38,853 bases of DNA, from IMG/VR virus record IMGVR_UViG_3300044466_000024, positions 1 through 38,853 of that record, one strand, 5' to 3'. Shown here in pieces: positions 25,032 through 34,134 of the stretch. This stretch comes from a virus (lineage: Duplodnaviria; Caudoviricetes). Under the pieces are notes generated by a model. That model was not told the origin of the DNA and made no database searches. It saw only the letters and a list, made by a program, of their open reading frames with translations. Made by a program: the position numbers and the translations under genes. How positions within the stretch are numbered: the stretch's first letter is position 1; every line of letters begins with the position of its first letter.

Positions 25032-25214
25032 TCAAGACTTGCACGAACCGCCGCCCTTGTCAACCGCTGTCTTGCGTCGAAACGTGATCTTGGGCTCGAC
25101 GGTCTGCACCTGGCCATCATCCGACAGGTTGATCACGATCTGACTCGCCGGCACGCCCCCGAGCGCCGCCTTGATGGCATCAACGTGCGGTTGCACGGAC
25201 TCGGGCAATGTCAC
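25032..25214 (-). CDS. Small hypothetical protein, 60 aa
   Basis: GTGA overlap with the portal stop. Protein-like sequence (SQIVINLSDDGQVQTVE). Confidence 0.6.
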   Translation of the reverse strand: MTLPESVQPHVDAIKAALGGVPASQIVINLSDDGQVQTVEPKITFRRKTAVDKGGGSCKS

Positions 25215-27619
25215 GCGCCCGCCTCCGGCTCCGGCGCCAGCTCCGCGGCCCGGTCTGCCGCTTCGAGCGCCCGCTGGTGTTCAACATCGCCGGCTTCGAG
25301 CGCTTGCGCATGGCCACGTTCGGCGGCCTGCGCATCCGTCGCCGCCTGGCGATCGGCCATCTCAAGATTCTGCGAGTGCCCACGGTCGGCCGCGTCCGCG
25401 CTCGTGGCCCCGGTGAGCGCCGCCTGCGCCATCGCGGTGGCGTTCGCTCGTTCGGCCATCTCGCGCTCGTGCGCGTGCTTAATCCCGAGTGCCAGCGCTT
25501 CATGTGTGGCTTCGTGATTCACGATCGCGCCCTTCGCCATCACCTCGATTTCCTTGACGGCGATCTGGGTCGCGTCCTTCATCTGCTGCAGCGTGATATC
25601 GGTCTCGGCCTTGATGCGTGTCTGCTCGATCTGCGCGTCGTGTTTCGCCTGCTCGCGCTCGATGTACTCAACGGCCTGCTTGTACTGGTCCCCGAGCGCT
25701 TGGAGTTGCGCCTTGAGCGCCTGCGCTTCGTGCTGCGCCTCCATCACCTTGTCTTCCCCGGCATCGAGCCCAGGGAATTGCATCGCGCGCCACCGTTTCA
25801 TCAGGTCGGCGGCCTCTTGATGCCCGGGGAAATCGCGGAACTTGAAGTAGATCGGTCCGAGCACCGGCATGAGCGCCGCGCCAGCCGGGCTCGACAGAAT
25901 CTCGCCGAGTTCGGTCTGCCCCTGATCGACGCGATCGCGGTACGACTTCCCGATACTGACCGAGACGGCGTACTTGCCCTTGCGCAGGTCGTAGTTTTTG
26001 ACCTCGCCCTGCGCCCCGGGTGTCTGCCCGGCACCAACGCGCATCGGGCGCTTCGTCCTCGGGTCGATCGTGAACGGCTGATTCAGCATCACCGTCCGCG
26101 TGTCGCCCTCTTCGTTGAGCAGTTTCGCGATGCGGCCGGGCCGATCGTAAATCTTCGGAATCAGGTCGAGCACGACCTTCGCTTCGTAGACCATGCTGAT
26201 CTCGGCCAGTGACCACAGATAATCGCTATTCCCGGTGAGCGATTGATCGGCGAGCTGCCCGAGTGTCTGATGCGCGACCTTTTTCCGCGCGAGCTTCTCG
26301 AGCGCGGCCGGATCAACTGTAGACGTCCCCGCCTGAATGTAGCCGTCCGCCGACTGCAACAGTTCCATCGCCGGCGCCAGGTCCCCCATCACCGACGGCA
26401 ACCGGAACGGGGGCGGCGTCTGATTCCCGTGCTCGTCGATGACCGGCTTGTACAGGTTGTACGGGAAGTTCCGCACGTTCGCTTGCTGCAGTTGCGCTTC
26501 GTGGCCTTCCTGCTGGCCCTCCGCCATCCACATCGACTGTTTCGCACCGGCTGAGACGATCTCGACCACGTTCGACGCCGCGGTATTGAATAGCCGTGCC
26601 GCGTCGCGATTCGGGTAGATGATGCCCTGCCAGCGCCGCTCCGCATCGAACGGGATGAGTTCGCGCCCGACGACCGGAATCAACGGGATGTACTGGCCGT
26701 TCAGGGTTTCCTCTTCGAGCACATCGATCGCCGTGAGCTTGCACCAATGGACTTCGCACCGCTCGCGCGGGCGCGTCTGGTCACCCGCAGCTTGATCCCA
26801 CGGCTTCGATGGACGCTCCGCGACTTCGTACGACCCATCCGCCGCGTAGCCCCACACGGTTTCCGTCGTGTAGACCTTTTTGAAGTACTCGACGACGAGC
26901 GCGGCCTTCCCCTTCCCGGTATCGCTCACCCAATCGGGACACACCTCGAGTAGTCCGGCGAAATCAGCGTCCGACGCCTTCGAGAGGTTCGATTTCGGGT
27001 GCTGCTGTTTCAGCCTGGTCAACGGGATCCATGAGACGATCGCCGCCTCGCGCCCATCGCTCCAGTCGGGCTCTTCCGCCGCCGTGTCGAAATAGGCCGT
27101 CTCTTGGCGAAGGATGCGCCGGATCACGATTTTTTGATCGAGTGGATGATCAGAGTCCTGGTCGTACTCCGTCATCACCCGGTACGCGCCGCGCCCGGCA
27201 TTCGCCGCGCGCTCGAGCGACCACAACCGCGCGAGCGGCGCCCGCGAATCCCGTTCGATCATGCGATACAAGTCGCGCATGACTTCGGCCGTATCGTCGT
27301 CGGCATCCTCGGATGTGGGATGGATCGTGACGCCGAGCTGCGCATTCCGCGCCTGATTGACGATGCCGTTGATCGGCTGATTCAGCTTCGGGATCGACAC
27401 CATCGGCCGGGCCGCCGTCGGGACGCCGCCCACGATGACGCCGCCCTTCCGCGCCTCTTTAGCATCCTTCGTCCAGACATTTTCCGGGACTTGGAATGCT
27501 AGATCTTCGAGTTCCCTCCGACGCTGATTGGCCTCGATCTCACTAACGTGCTTAATGAACTCACGCGCCGCGCGGACCTTCGGCGGAATGTTGAACGGGC
27601 CGTCTTTGTCGTCAGCCAT
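25211..27619 (-). CDS. Portal protein, P22-like, 802 aa
   Basis: EDLAF...RPMVSIPKL...GRGAYRV...YIPLIPVVG...GKYAVSVSIGKSY and a long C-terminal coiled-coil barrel. Confidence 0.93.
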   Translation of the reverse strand: MADDKDGPFNIPPKVRAAREFIKHVSEIEANQRRRELEDLAFQVPENVWTKDAKEARKGGVIVGGVPTAARPMVSIPKLNQPINGIVNQARNAQLGVTIHPTSEDADDDTAEVMRDLYRMIERDSRAPLARLWSLERAANAGRGAYRVMTEYDQDSDHPLDQKIVIRRILRQETAYFDTAAEEPDWSDGREAAIVSWIPLTRLKQQHPKSNLSKASDADFAGLLEVCPDWVSDTGKGKAALVVEYFKKVYTTETVWGYAADGSYEVAERPSKPWDQAAGDQTRPRERCEVHWCKLTAIDVLEEETLNGQYIPLIPVVGRELIPFDAERRWQGIIYPNRDAARLFNTAASNVVEIVSAGAKQSMWMAEGQQEGHEAQLQQANVRNFPYNLYKPVIDEHGNQTPPPFRLPSVMGDLAPAMELLQSADGYIQAGTSTVDPAALEKLARKKVAHQTLGQLADQSLTGNSDYLWSLAEISMVYEAKVVLDLIPKIYDRPGRIAKLLNEEGDTRTVMLNQPFTIDPRTKRPMRVGAGQTPGAQGEVKNYDLRKGKYAVSVSIGKSYRDRVDQGQTELGEILSSPAGAALMPVLGPIYFKFRDFPGHQEAADLMKRWRAMQFPGLDAGEDKVMEAQHEAQALKAQLQALGDQYKQAVEYIEREQAKHDAQIEQTRIKAETDITLQQMKDATQIAVKEIEVMAKGAIVNHEATHEALALGIKHAHEREMAERANATAMAQAALTGATSADAADRGHSQNLEMADRQAATDAQAAERGHAQALEAGDVEHQRALEAADRAAELAPEPEAGA

Positions 27620-28074
27620 CAGCTCATCCCTAACTGTTGCCGGTAGAAGATCATCACGGCCTCGTGCGTGTTGACCCCGGTTGCCGTCATCGCCGCTTCA
27701 ACCGCCCACGACACATCGAGATGCTCTGGGTCGAGAACGTGCGCCTGTTGCCGCAAGGCGTAGGCTCGCTCAACGTACTGCCGGCGGGAGCCAGGCCCGA
27801 CGCGCTGCTGACGCAGGCTTTTCGCGAGTGCGTGCGCCGCCCAGGAGTCACGCAGGAGCGTCGCGACATCGCTCACCGTTGACGTAGGCGGCGGCGGCGG
27901 AACAGTCGAGACGACCGCCTCGAGCGTCAACGCATCGTTCGCGACGGCATCCGCGAGCTTATCGATATCGATCGACTGGCCCGACGTCAGCGCCGTATGT
28001 AAGAAGTCCGCGATCCGCTTGCGCTCTTCGGCCTTGACCGCCACGACATCCACCACTTCCACGTCACCGGACAT
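27619..28074 (-). CDS. Hypothetical protein, 151 aa
   Basis: GAGG RBS. Coupled to the portal start. Confidence 0.7.
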   Translation of the reverse strand: MSGDVEVVDVVAVKAEERKRIADFLHTALTSGQSIDIDKLADAVANDALTLEAVVSTVPPPPPTSTVSDVATLLRDSWAAHALAKSLRQQRVGPGSRRQYVERAYALRQQAHVLDPEHLDVSWAVEAAMTATGVNTHEAVMIFYRQQLGMS

Positions 28075-28297
28075 GCGAGAACCTCACTTCCCCGCGTGGC
28101 ACCTCAGGATCGCCGACCCACTCGACCCCGATCGCTTGCAACAGCCCCAAGAATTCTCCCGGCGCCGGATACAGGTCCGACCACGGAATCCCAGCGAAGT
28201 CGTCAGGGTTCAGAAACGCCCGCGCCGCCACATGCCCTGATTCCGATTCAAAGGCTTGTTTCGACGCCAGCACGCCGCGCAGGGTCATCACCATCAC
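28064..28297 (-). CDS. Hypothetical protein, 77 aa
   Basis: Overlaps the TerL stop; protein-like composition. Confidence 0.6.
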   Translation of the reverse strand: MMVMTLRGVLASKQAFESESGHVAARAFLNPDDFAGIPWSDLYPAPGEFLGLLQAIGVEWVGDPEVPRGEVRFSHVR

Positions 28298-29721
28298 GTC
28301 CAGGCGTACGACGACGGCACCGGCAGCGACGGCGCCGGCTCCGGCTTCTTCTTTTGCTTCTCGAGGCTAAACGTCACTTCGAGGTATTCCTTGCAGTTCT
28401 GCGCGTGCTCGTACCAGCCGTCTTTGTGGGCCCGCCGGTACTGCTTCGAGCCCTCGGACACCATGTGCTCGTCCCAGACGTAGCCGGCTTCGTCGCCGTC
28501 CGCCAGGAAGTGCCAGGTTGCCGGCGGTTGCCCACCACCCGTGACGCGCAGCCAGTGCGACGGATCCGAATTGACGCCGTACGACTCCCCCATCGGCGTA
28601 CGCGTCCGCATCAACTTCGCCTGTCGCTCGATCATCGTGAAGCGGACCGATGTCCGGTTGGCATCATCGACCCACTTTGGCGCGAACTCGTGATCCTTGA
28701 GCACCCCGACACCGTTCGAGCGCACGCCCTGCGAGTTGCTGTGACTCCCGGCGGGATCGCAACAGGTGCGGAACTCCGCTTGCGGGAACCAGAGCGCGCG
28801 ATACATCTTGACGACGGGGAGGAAGTCTTCGAGGTACATCGACTGGCCCATGATGCCGCCGAGATACTCGACGCCGCCGTACGGGTTGCGCTGGCGCGCG
28901 AGGTAGCAGGGATGATGCTTCCCAAAGTCAATCGCTTCCTCGATCGGGAGCGCCGGATTGAACGTCAACGGCCGCACGTGCTGCGCCCGCACAAACGCCC
29001 CGCCGTAGACCGGCTCACCGACCACGTTCAGCCCTCGCAGCCCGAGCACCGCCGACCGATGCTTCGCGTGTGTCACGGGATAGGCGTCGAGCGCATCGTC
29101 GACCTTGCCCTCCGGCAGGTTGTGCGCGTTGTCGAAGAGACTGATCGAGTGATACACGCGATTGGGCCGCCGGTTGTCGACCGGAAACTCCCGCGCGAGC
29201 CAGGAATTCTCGTCCAGCGGATTGGGCGACAGCGTGAGCTGATGCGGATAGCCGTGCTGGCGTAAGCGCTGTTGCAGCTCGGGGAAGAAATCCGGCGGGA
29301 GTTCTTCGGCCTGATCGATGTAGATGCGACTGACGCCGAGCCCGCGCAGCTTCGCATAGCGCCGGCGCGGATCTGGTGACTGTAGCCCGTACGAGTACAC
29401 GCGTGACCCGTTCGGAAACTGGTAATACAGATACTTGGAATTCCATTGCGCCTTTACGCCGCCAAGTTCAAGGACGTCATTCCAGGCTGGTAAGAGCTTG
29501 GTTTGATTGTCGCCGTCCGCGAACCGCCCGATAAAGATGTAGATCCCGGGGTACCACTCGGCCGCAGCCGTCCACTCCTTCCAGAGGCAGAGCGTTGTCT
29601 TCCCGCAGTTGAGCGCTCCCTCGAGATCAACGAACCGCGTCGACCGATCGCGGAACACCCCGGCCATGACGCCGAGAAACTTGATTCGGTAGACGTCTTC
29701 GGCTGTGGCCACATCGCTCAT
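28294..29721 (-). CDS. terL: Terminase large subunit, 475 aa
   Basis: Walker A EGALNCGKT, YQFPNGSRV, Walker B IYIDQAEE, motif III LSPNP, nuclease AIDFG...DPAG. Confidence 0.92.
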   Translation of the reverse strand: MSDVATAEDVYRIKFLGVMAGVFRDRSTRFVDLEGALNCGKTTLCLWKEWTAAAEWYPGIYIFIGRFADGDNQTKLLPAWNDVLELGGVKAQWNSKYLYYQFPNGSRVYSYGLQSPDPRRRYAKLRGLGVSRIYIDQAEELPPDFFPELQQRLRQHGYPHQLTLSPNPLDENSWLAREFPVDNRRPNRVYHSISLFDNAHNLPEGKVDDALDAYPVTHAKHRSAVLGLRGLNVVGEPVYGGAFVRAQHVRPLTFNPALPIEEAIDFGKHHPCYLARQRNPYGGVEYLGGIMGQSMYLEDFLPVVKMYRALWFPQAEFRTCCDPAGSHSNSQGVRSNGVGVLKDHEFAPKWVDDANRTSVRFTMIERQAKLMRTRTPMGESYGVNSDPSHWLRVTGGGQPPATWHFLADGDEAGYVWDEHMVSEGSKQYRRAHKDGWYEHAQNCKEYLEVTFSLEKQKKKPEPAPSLPVPSSYAWT

Positions 29722-30092
29722 CAGCCGTTCATCGGGGAGTACCAGCAAACAATCCGGGCCGCGTTCGGATCGGGCATCACATGCACACGCAAGCGCTTCG
29801 CGGGCTCCATGACCTTCGCGTACTTGCGCAACTGGACGCGGAACGCCTTCACTAGATTGTCTTTGTGAAGCTTATCGGTTTGATTCAGGAGCAGATAGGC
29901 CGCACCTTTGCCGCCGATGTTCTCGAGCAGCTCGCGCCCCATCTGAATTACGAACGGATGCACGTGGGCCAATTTCGACGCCTCGCGAACCCGCACGAAC
30001 ATCTGACCATCGATCATCTGATACCTAGCGTCCGGCGGCAGAATGTTCCGCAGACTCACCCGTTTTGCCGCCGCCGGTGCCGCTTTCGCCAT
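29721..30092 (-). CDS. Hypothetical basic protein between terS and terL, 123 aa
   Basis: Coupled to the TerL start (TGATG). Confidence 0.7.
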   Translation of the reverse strand: MAKAAPAAAKRVSLRNILPPDARYQMIDGQMFVRVREASKLAHVHPFVIQMGRELLENIGGKGAAYLLLNQTDKLHKDNLVKAFRVQLRKYAKVMEPAKRLRVHVMPDPNAARIVCWYSPMNG

Positions 30093-30093
30093 C

Positions 30094-30786
30094 TCACACC
30101 CTCGCGTTATCTGGTTGCTTGTCGTCCAGCTCGATGATCACGCGCCGCACGCTGGCATCCTTATCCCCGTCCGACGCCCCCGGCAGCTTAACGCCGAACC
30201 CGCGCCCTAACTTCCCGCCGGCCGTCGCCAACAGTTCGTTCGCCTTCAAGGCGTCATACATCTCGATGTGCCGGCCGAACTTCCCTTCGCGCACGCTCTT
30301 GATGAGCAGTCGCACGTCCTCGGGCAGCTTCGACAGCGGATCGTTCGGCCCGAGCACTTTCCCGATGTCGCCCCGCGCGTACATCGTGATCCGGCCCATC
30401 GCTTCGTCGCCGTCCATGACCGAGAGCCGCTCGACCCGGGACGCCAACCGTGCCGCAATCGCCGCCGAGATGCGATCTCGCGTCAGTAACTTACAGGCGT
30501 TCGCGCGCCGGACGTTGCCCTCACCCTTGTAGCCGGCCAGTTCGTAGGATTTCGTCGCGTTCCCAATCGCCGCACCGGTGTAGGCGGCTACAAACAGCAA
30601 CTCACGCGGCGTCAGACCATGCGGGTTGTCGACGATGGCAGCGACGAGGCTTTCGGAAGGATTCGGCGTGCTGTCCTGCGCAGGAGTGCTCTGCGTGGTG
30701 TCAGCCGGCGCGCGCTTGGCCCGCCTCGCTGGCGTGTTCGGATTCGGCTTGCGCCCGGCACCGTGTCGGCGCCCTCCGCGTGGCAT
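30094..30786 (-). CDS. terS: Terminase small subunit
   Basis: MPRGGRRHGAGRKP; LTPRELLFVAAY...NATKSYELAGY...ANACKLL; IEMYDALKANELL. Confidence 0.88.
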   Translation of the reverse strand: MPRGGRRHGAGRKPNPNTPARRAKRAPADTTQSTPAQDSTPNPSESLVAAIVDNPHGLTPRELLFVAAYTGAAIGNATKSYELAGYKGEGNVRRANACKLLTRDRISAAIAARLASRVERLSVMDGDEAMGRITMYARGDIGKVLGPNDPLSKLPEDVRLLIKSVREGKFGRHIEMYDALKANELLATAGGKLGRGFGVKLPGASDGDKDASVRRVIIELDDKQPDNARV

Positions 30787-30788
30787 GA

Positions 30789-30899
30789 TTTGATTCTTTT
30801 GAATTGTTTGATTTCCCCGTCAGCGTGAAATCAAACGAGACGAGTATGCAGAGGTTGGATCCCGACCGTTACCGGTTTTGCGGGTTATGTCGGTTTTGC
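30789..30899 (-). promoter_or_regulatory. Late promoter / packaging control region
   Basis: Perfect 10-bp inverted repeat GTTTGATTTC (30806-30815) / GAAATCAAAC (30827-30836), -10-like CATACT (30848-30843), and 9-bp direct repeat CGGTTTTGC at 30873-30881 and 30891-30899. Confidence 0.6.
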
Positions 30900-31118
30900 T
30901 GTTGAACGTGAAACCATGACCGCATCGAGACGATGCAAGCACTCTGACCGATGAAGGTTCCATCGGCTTGTCACCTCAACATCGCCGACGATCTCGAGCC
31001 CTCGCACCTTAGCCAGCCAACGCATCACGGCAAGACCTCGAGCCAGTGAACGCTTCGCCGGACTTGATTTACGCCGCGTGGGTTGAAGAACGACCGTAAA
31101 CCGACGCCGGCGCTTCAT
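30885..31118 (-). CDS. Small basic hypothetical protein
   Basis: ATGA-coupled ORF, 77 aa. Confidence 0.5.
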   Translation of the reverse strand: MKRRRRFTVVLQPTRRKSSPAKRSLARGLAVMRWLAKVRGLEIVGDVEVTSRWNLHRSECLHRLDAVMVSRSTAKPT

Positions 31119-31339
31119 GACGCAATCCGCCGCGCGGCCACGTAGCGCCGCAGCTCGCTGACCGGAATCGCATACACCTTGCCGTCACGCTCCGCGAATA
31201 GCTCGCCCGACTCAATACGGGCCCGTGCTGTGCGCTCGTCTAATCCCAGGAACGCAGCCGCCACACGTAAACAGACCGTCTCTCGAAGTTCCGTGGCTAT
31301 GTTTGCGATCAACGGCTCTGAGCGCCGGCCTGATTTCAT
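31115..31339 (-). CDS. Excisionase-like HTH protein (candidate late regulator)
   Basis: VCLRVAAAFLGLDERTARARIESGELFAERDGKVYAIPVSELRRY. Confidence 0.85.
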   Translation of the reverse strand: MKSGRRSEPLIANIATELRETVCLRVAAAFLGLDERTARARIESGELFAERDGKVYAIPVSELRRYVAARRIAS

Positions 31340-31437
31340 GATGATGTTTCCCCCGTCAGGGAGCCCGCCGACGATTGCCCACTACCAGTTTCGCGGGCCG
31401 CTGGCGACTGTCCCGCCCTCGAACGGTTCATGCGCCA

Positions 31438-31677
31438 TCAGACGTCGTCCCCGAGCTGGCGATCGCGCCCCGTCACCGGCACCGCGCCCACCTCCGGCGG
31501 CTCGAGCTTCCAATATTGACGCGCACACGGCGCGCAGACGATCGACCGATTGCGGCCGAATCGGATCCACGTGCCAGGAATCACGGCGCAGCCAAAGGCG
31601 CAGCGGACGTGCCAGTAGGCACGCGACCACCGATCCGCCTCCGGCCGGTGATCGACGTGACGACGACGCCGGCTCAT
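31438..31677 (-). CDS. Small Cys-rich protein
   Basis: CAFGC...CAPC. ATGA overlap with the initiator stop. Confidence 0.6.
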   Translation of the reverse strand: MSRRRRHVDHRPEADRWSRAYWHVRCAFGCAVIPGTWIRFGRNRSIVCAPCARQYWKLEPPEVGAVPVTGRDRQLGDDV

Positions 31678-32471
31678 GCGGACACCCGCGCTCGGTTGGC
31701 AAGCTGCGCACGGGCCCGATCGATCGCCGGGCCCACCGCGCCGGAATAGTCCAGATTCGCCCGCGCGCAGGCTTGCTTCACGCGCTCCATCAATTCGCCC
31801 TCATCATCAGCCAGCGCCGGATAGTCGGCCATCAGATGCCGCGCCAACGCTGCAATCACGCGGATTGCCGGCTTGCCGTTGACGGTTTCCCGCGATCGCT
31901 GTCGGCGATGCTGCGCGACCAGCATCCGCGTTTCAACGTCGTCTAACGAACCTCCGGCGCCGCCAGGCGCCCGTTCTTGCTTTTCGTTTTGTGGTACGTG
32001 GTACGTGGACACCTGAACAGATGCCGGATCGTGCGGCATCGTAAACGGCTCGCGTAACGCGTCTGAAACGGCGTTACAAATGGCATCCATCTGGGCCCGC
32101 ATGACCCGCGGATAGTTCCGCTTGCCGCGATGCCTATCGAGACGCTCGCGCGCCTTCGCACGGTCCGCCATCACCTTGTCTCTAGAATCGTTCCAATCGA
32201 GGTAGTCGTGCATCGTGTAGCCGTTTTCGACCTTATGCCAGAGCGGCCCCTTCCCGAGCGACGTCTGCGGCGTGCAGAGTTCGGCAACGAGCGGCGCGCG
32301 ATTCTTCGCCTTGAGCCTGAAATACTGGACCTCGCTTTCAGGAATGAATCCGTCGGTGAGATGCTTGTTGCAGTACACGAGGCCAGCGACCCACAACCGG
32401 AACGCGCTATCGGTCAACGCGCTCAATTTCGGATCGTCATTGAGATCGTCGTCGAGTCGTCCCCACGGCAT
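31674..32471 (-). CDS. Putative replication initiator, 265 aa
   Basis: MPWGRLDDDLNDDPK...AFRLWVAGLVYC...TDGFIP...LW...GYTMHDYLDWN then an R/K-rich helix, a common phage replisome-organizer N-domain. Confidence 0.75.
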   Translation of the reverse strand: MPWGRLDDDLNDDPKLSALTDSAFRLWVAGLVYCNKHLTDGFIPESEVQYFRLKAKNRAPLVAELCTPQTSLGKGPLWHKVENGYTMHDYLDWNDSRDKVMADRAKARERLDRHRGKRNYPRVMRAQMDAICNAVSDALREPFTMPHDPASVQVSTYHVPQNEKQERAPGGAGGSLDDVETRMLVAQHRRQRSRETVNGKPAIRVIAALARHLMADYPALADDEGELMERVKQACARANLDYSGAVGPAIDRARAQLANRARVSA

Positions 32472-32974
32472 TACTGCAGCCCCTTCGCGAGTTCGTGAAT
32501 GTGCGGATACCCAAACTCCGCAGCCGTCAACCGAGCCTTCTTCTGGTTGCACGTCGGGCAGGCCAGAGTCAGATTCCCAAGTTCGTCCGAGCCGCCACGA
32601 ATCGACGGGATGATGTGTTCAACCTGCAGCCCTTGATCGCCGACGCCGCAATAGACGCAGGCCTGGCCCCAGAACGCGAGTAGACGATCTAGGAAGCGCC
32701 GAACCCTAGACCGACGCCTCTGCTCCTTCCGCACGCGAACGACGCGCCAGCCGCCTTCTATGGGTTCCCAGATACCAGCCGCGACGAGTTCCTTCACCAA
32801 CTGGCCAGGGCTCGACACGCCTAAGAACTGGACGGCCTCTACGGGAATAAACCCGCCCGTCTTTGCGGACTCGCTGTAGACCTGCCCACAAAACCAGAGC
32901 CAGGATGCCGCCGGTCCAGCCTTCAGGAACTTTGGGTGAAGCCGAACGGTTGACTCGACGCGGACGTAACTCAC
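32471..32974 (-). CDS. HNH endonuclease with initiator-like N-terminal domain
   Basis: CVYCG...VEHIIP..RGGSDELGNLTLACPTCNQKK. Confidence 0.88.
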   Translation of the reverse strand: MSYVRVESTVRLHPKFLKAGPAASWLWFCGQVYSESAKTGGFIPVEAVQFLGVSSPGQLVKELVAAGIWEPIEGGWRVVRVRKEQRRRSRVRRFLDRLLAFWGQACVYCGVGDQGLQVEHIIPSIRGGSDELGNLTLACPTCNQKKARLTAAEFGYPHIHELAKGLQ

Positions 32975-32990
32975 GTGTGATGCCCCTTCC

Positions 32991-33341
32991 TCACGTCGTC
33001 CTGCGGGTGTCGTCGGCGACAGTCGCTGTCAGGGCGTCCGAAGTCCCGCGATCACCGAGGGCATCGGCCTGCTCACGCTGAAGTGTTGCCCAATCGGCCT
33101 GCACGCAGTTGTGGCAGCGCCAATCCCGTTCGCCTTCTGAGCCCTTTGGAAACGGCCAGTCGGTGCCGCAGCCTCCGCACGCATGCCAGATCACACCGGC
33201 TGAACGAATCGCGGCGTTAATCGACTTCATGTCAGGGCGTCCAAATCTGACTCTTTGGCTTTCCGCTCGGAGTCCGTTGGGATAGCAGCCCGCACACGCG
33301 AGCGCCGAGAGGATCAGGAGCGCCGCAAGGAGGTCAGGCAT
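32991..33341 (-). CDS. Hypothetical protein with hydrophobic N-terminus and Zn ribbon
   Basis: [16 protein letters not shown]; CGGC...CHNC. Confidence 0.55.
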   Translation of the reverse strand: MPDLLAALLILSALACAGCYPNGLRAESQRVRFGRPDMKSINAAIRSAGVIWHACGGCGTDWPFPKGSEGERDWRCHNCVQADWATLQREQADALGDRGTSDALTATVADDTRRTT

Positions 33342-33609
33342 TCACGGCCTCGTACGTCGCTGCAAAGATGTCCGGCTTGCAGGGATAGAACTCGCCCTTC
33401 ACGCCGCAGATGATCCAGTCCATCGGCTCGGCGCGCATGTCGCCTTTAAGTGTCTCAATGATCAATACGCGCTCCGACGAACTCATTCGGCGAAACGACT
33501 CGTCACGCACCGACGCGCGGCCCAACGTAAAACCAAGCACCTCATCGGCATTCGTGCCAGTCCATTGCACCGCCTCAATCACGACCGGTTTCTTTCTGAA
33601 CTTAGCCAT
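33334..33609 (-). CDS. Conserved phage protein (KKPVVIEA...[11 protein letters not shown] family), 91 aa
   Basis: [18 protein letters not shown]...[10 protein letters not shown]...[23 protein letters not shown]. Confidence 0.88.
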   Translation of the reverse strand: MAKFRKKPVVIEAVQWTGTNADEVLGFTLGRASVRDESFRRMSSSERVLIIETLKGDMRAEPMDWIICGVKGEFYPCKPDIFAATYEAVNA

Positions 33610-33692
33610 CTCAGCTCGCCTTTCGCCCCGCGGTCGCGTCCGGCGTTGGAGTGAGCCGCGTCTGGGCAACGCGCGTATGGGTCTTCATTCGG

Positions 33693-33911
33693 TCACTCCT
33701 TCGGCTCCTCGTCTGAGGGTGATCGAGGGGGATCGGGCAGCGGCATCCAGTGTGTCGCGGTTGTTCCTCTGCCACGATCGTCACAAGGTACGCCGTCGTG
33801 GATGTACCCGCTAAACACGATGCCGTCGTGTCGGCCGACTGCGGCCGGCTCATAGAACAGAACTGGGTCACCATACTTCGGGGCTGTCCCTATCGGTTGC
33901 CACTTACTCAT
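33693..33911 (-). CDS. DUF551-like protein, 72 aa
   Basis: WQPIGTAPKYG..VL...THWMPLPDPP. Confidence 0.85.
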   Translation of the reverse strand: MSKWQPIGTAPKYGDPVLFYEPAAVGRHDGIVFSGYIHDGVPCDDRGRGTTATHWMPLPDPPRSPSDEEPKE

Positions 33912-34110
33912 GCGCGTCTCGCCTTCTCGTTTGATGGTGATCGAGGGGGAGTCACCGGAACCAACCAGGTATCTTCGCTTTGATGTGCTCATACAAGTGG
34001 CGCTGGCACACCTGCCGTCCACCAACAACGCCGCACGCGGGTTCGCCGCACGCTTTCCCCAGTACCCAGACTTCACAAAGGAATACTCTCATGCGCGTCT
34101 CGCCCTTCTC
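33907..34110 (-). repeat. 22/23-bp direct repeat spanning RBS and start codon of two adjacent genes
   Basis: Minus strand GAGAAGG(G)CGAGACGCGCATGAG at 33907-33928 and 34088-34110. Confidence 0.85.
33952..34092 (-). CDS. 46-aa Cys/His-rich protein
   Basis: Hand translation MRVFLCEVWVLGKACGEPACGVVGGRQVCQRHLYEHIKAKIPGWFR. Start lies inside the repeat. Confidence 0.6.
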   Translation of the reverse strand: MRVFLCEVWVLGKACGEPACGVVGGRQVCQRHLYEHIKAKIPGWFR

Positions 34111-34134
34111 TCTGCCTATCCTTCCGCCCCAGAC

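Noticed and set aside
25030-25063. Two minus-strand TTGACA hexamers upstream of leader copy 2
   Set aside because: No convincing -10 at 16-18 nt spacing (best is AAGTCT).
31339-31438. 18-codon ORF whose TAG is in frame with the downstream HTH gene (possible read-through)
   Set aside because: One-in-three chance of being in frame, the HTH gene has its own start, and TAG is used as a normal stop elsewhere.
32991-33341. Lipoprotein/o-spanin (LAC or AGC lipobox)
   Set aside because: No basic n-region, located in the early operon far from lysis genes, and carries a cytoplasmic-type Zn ribbon.
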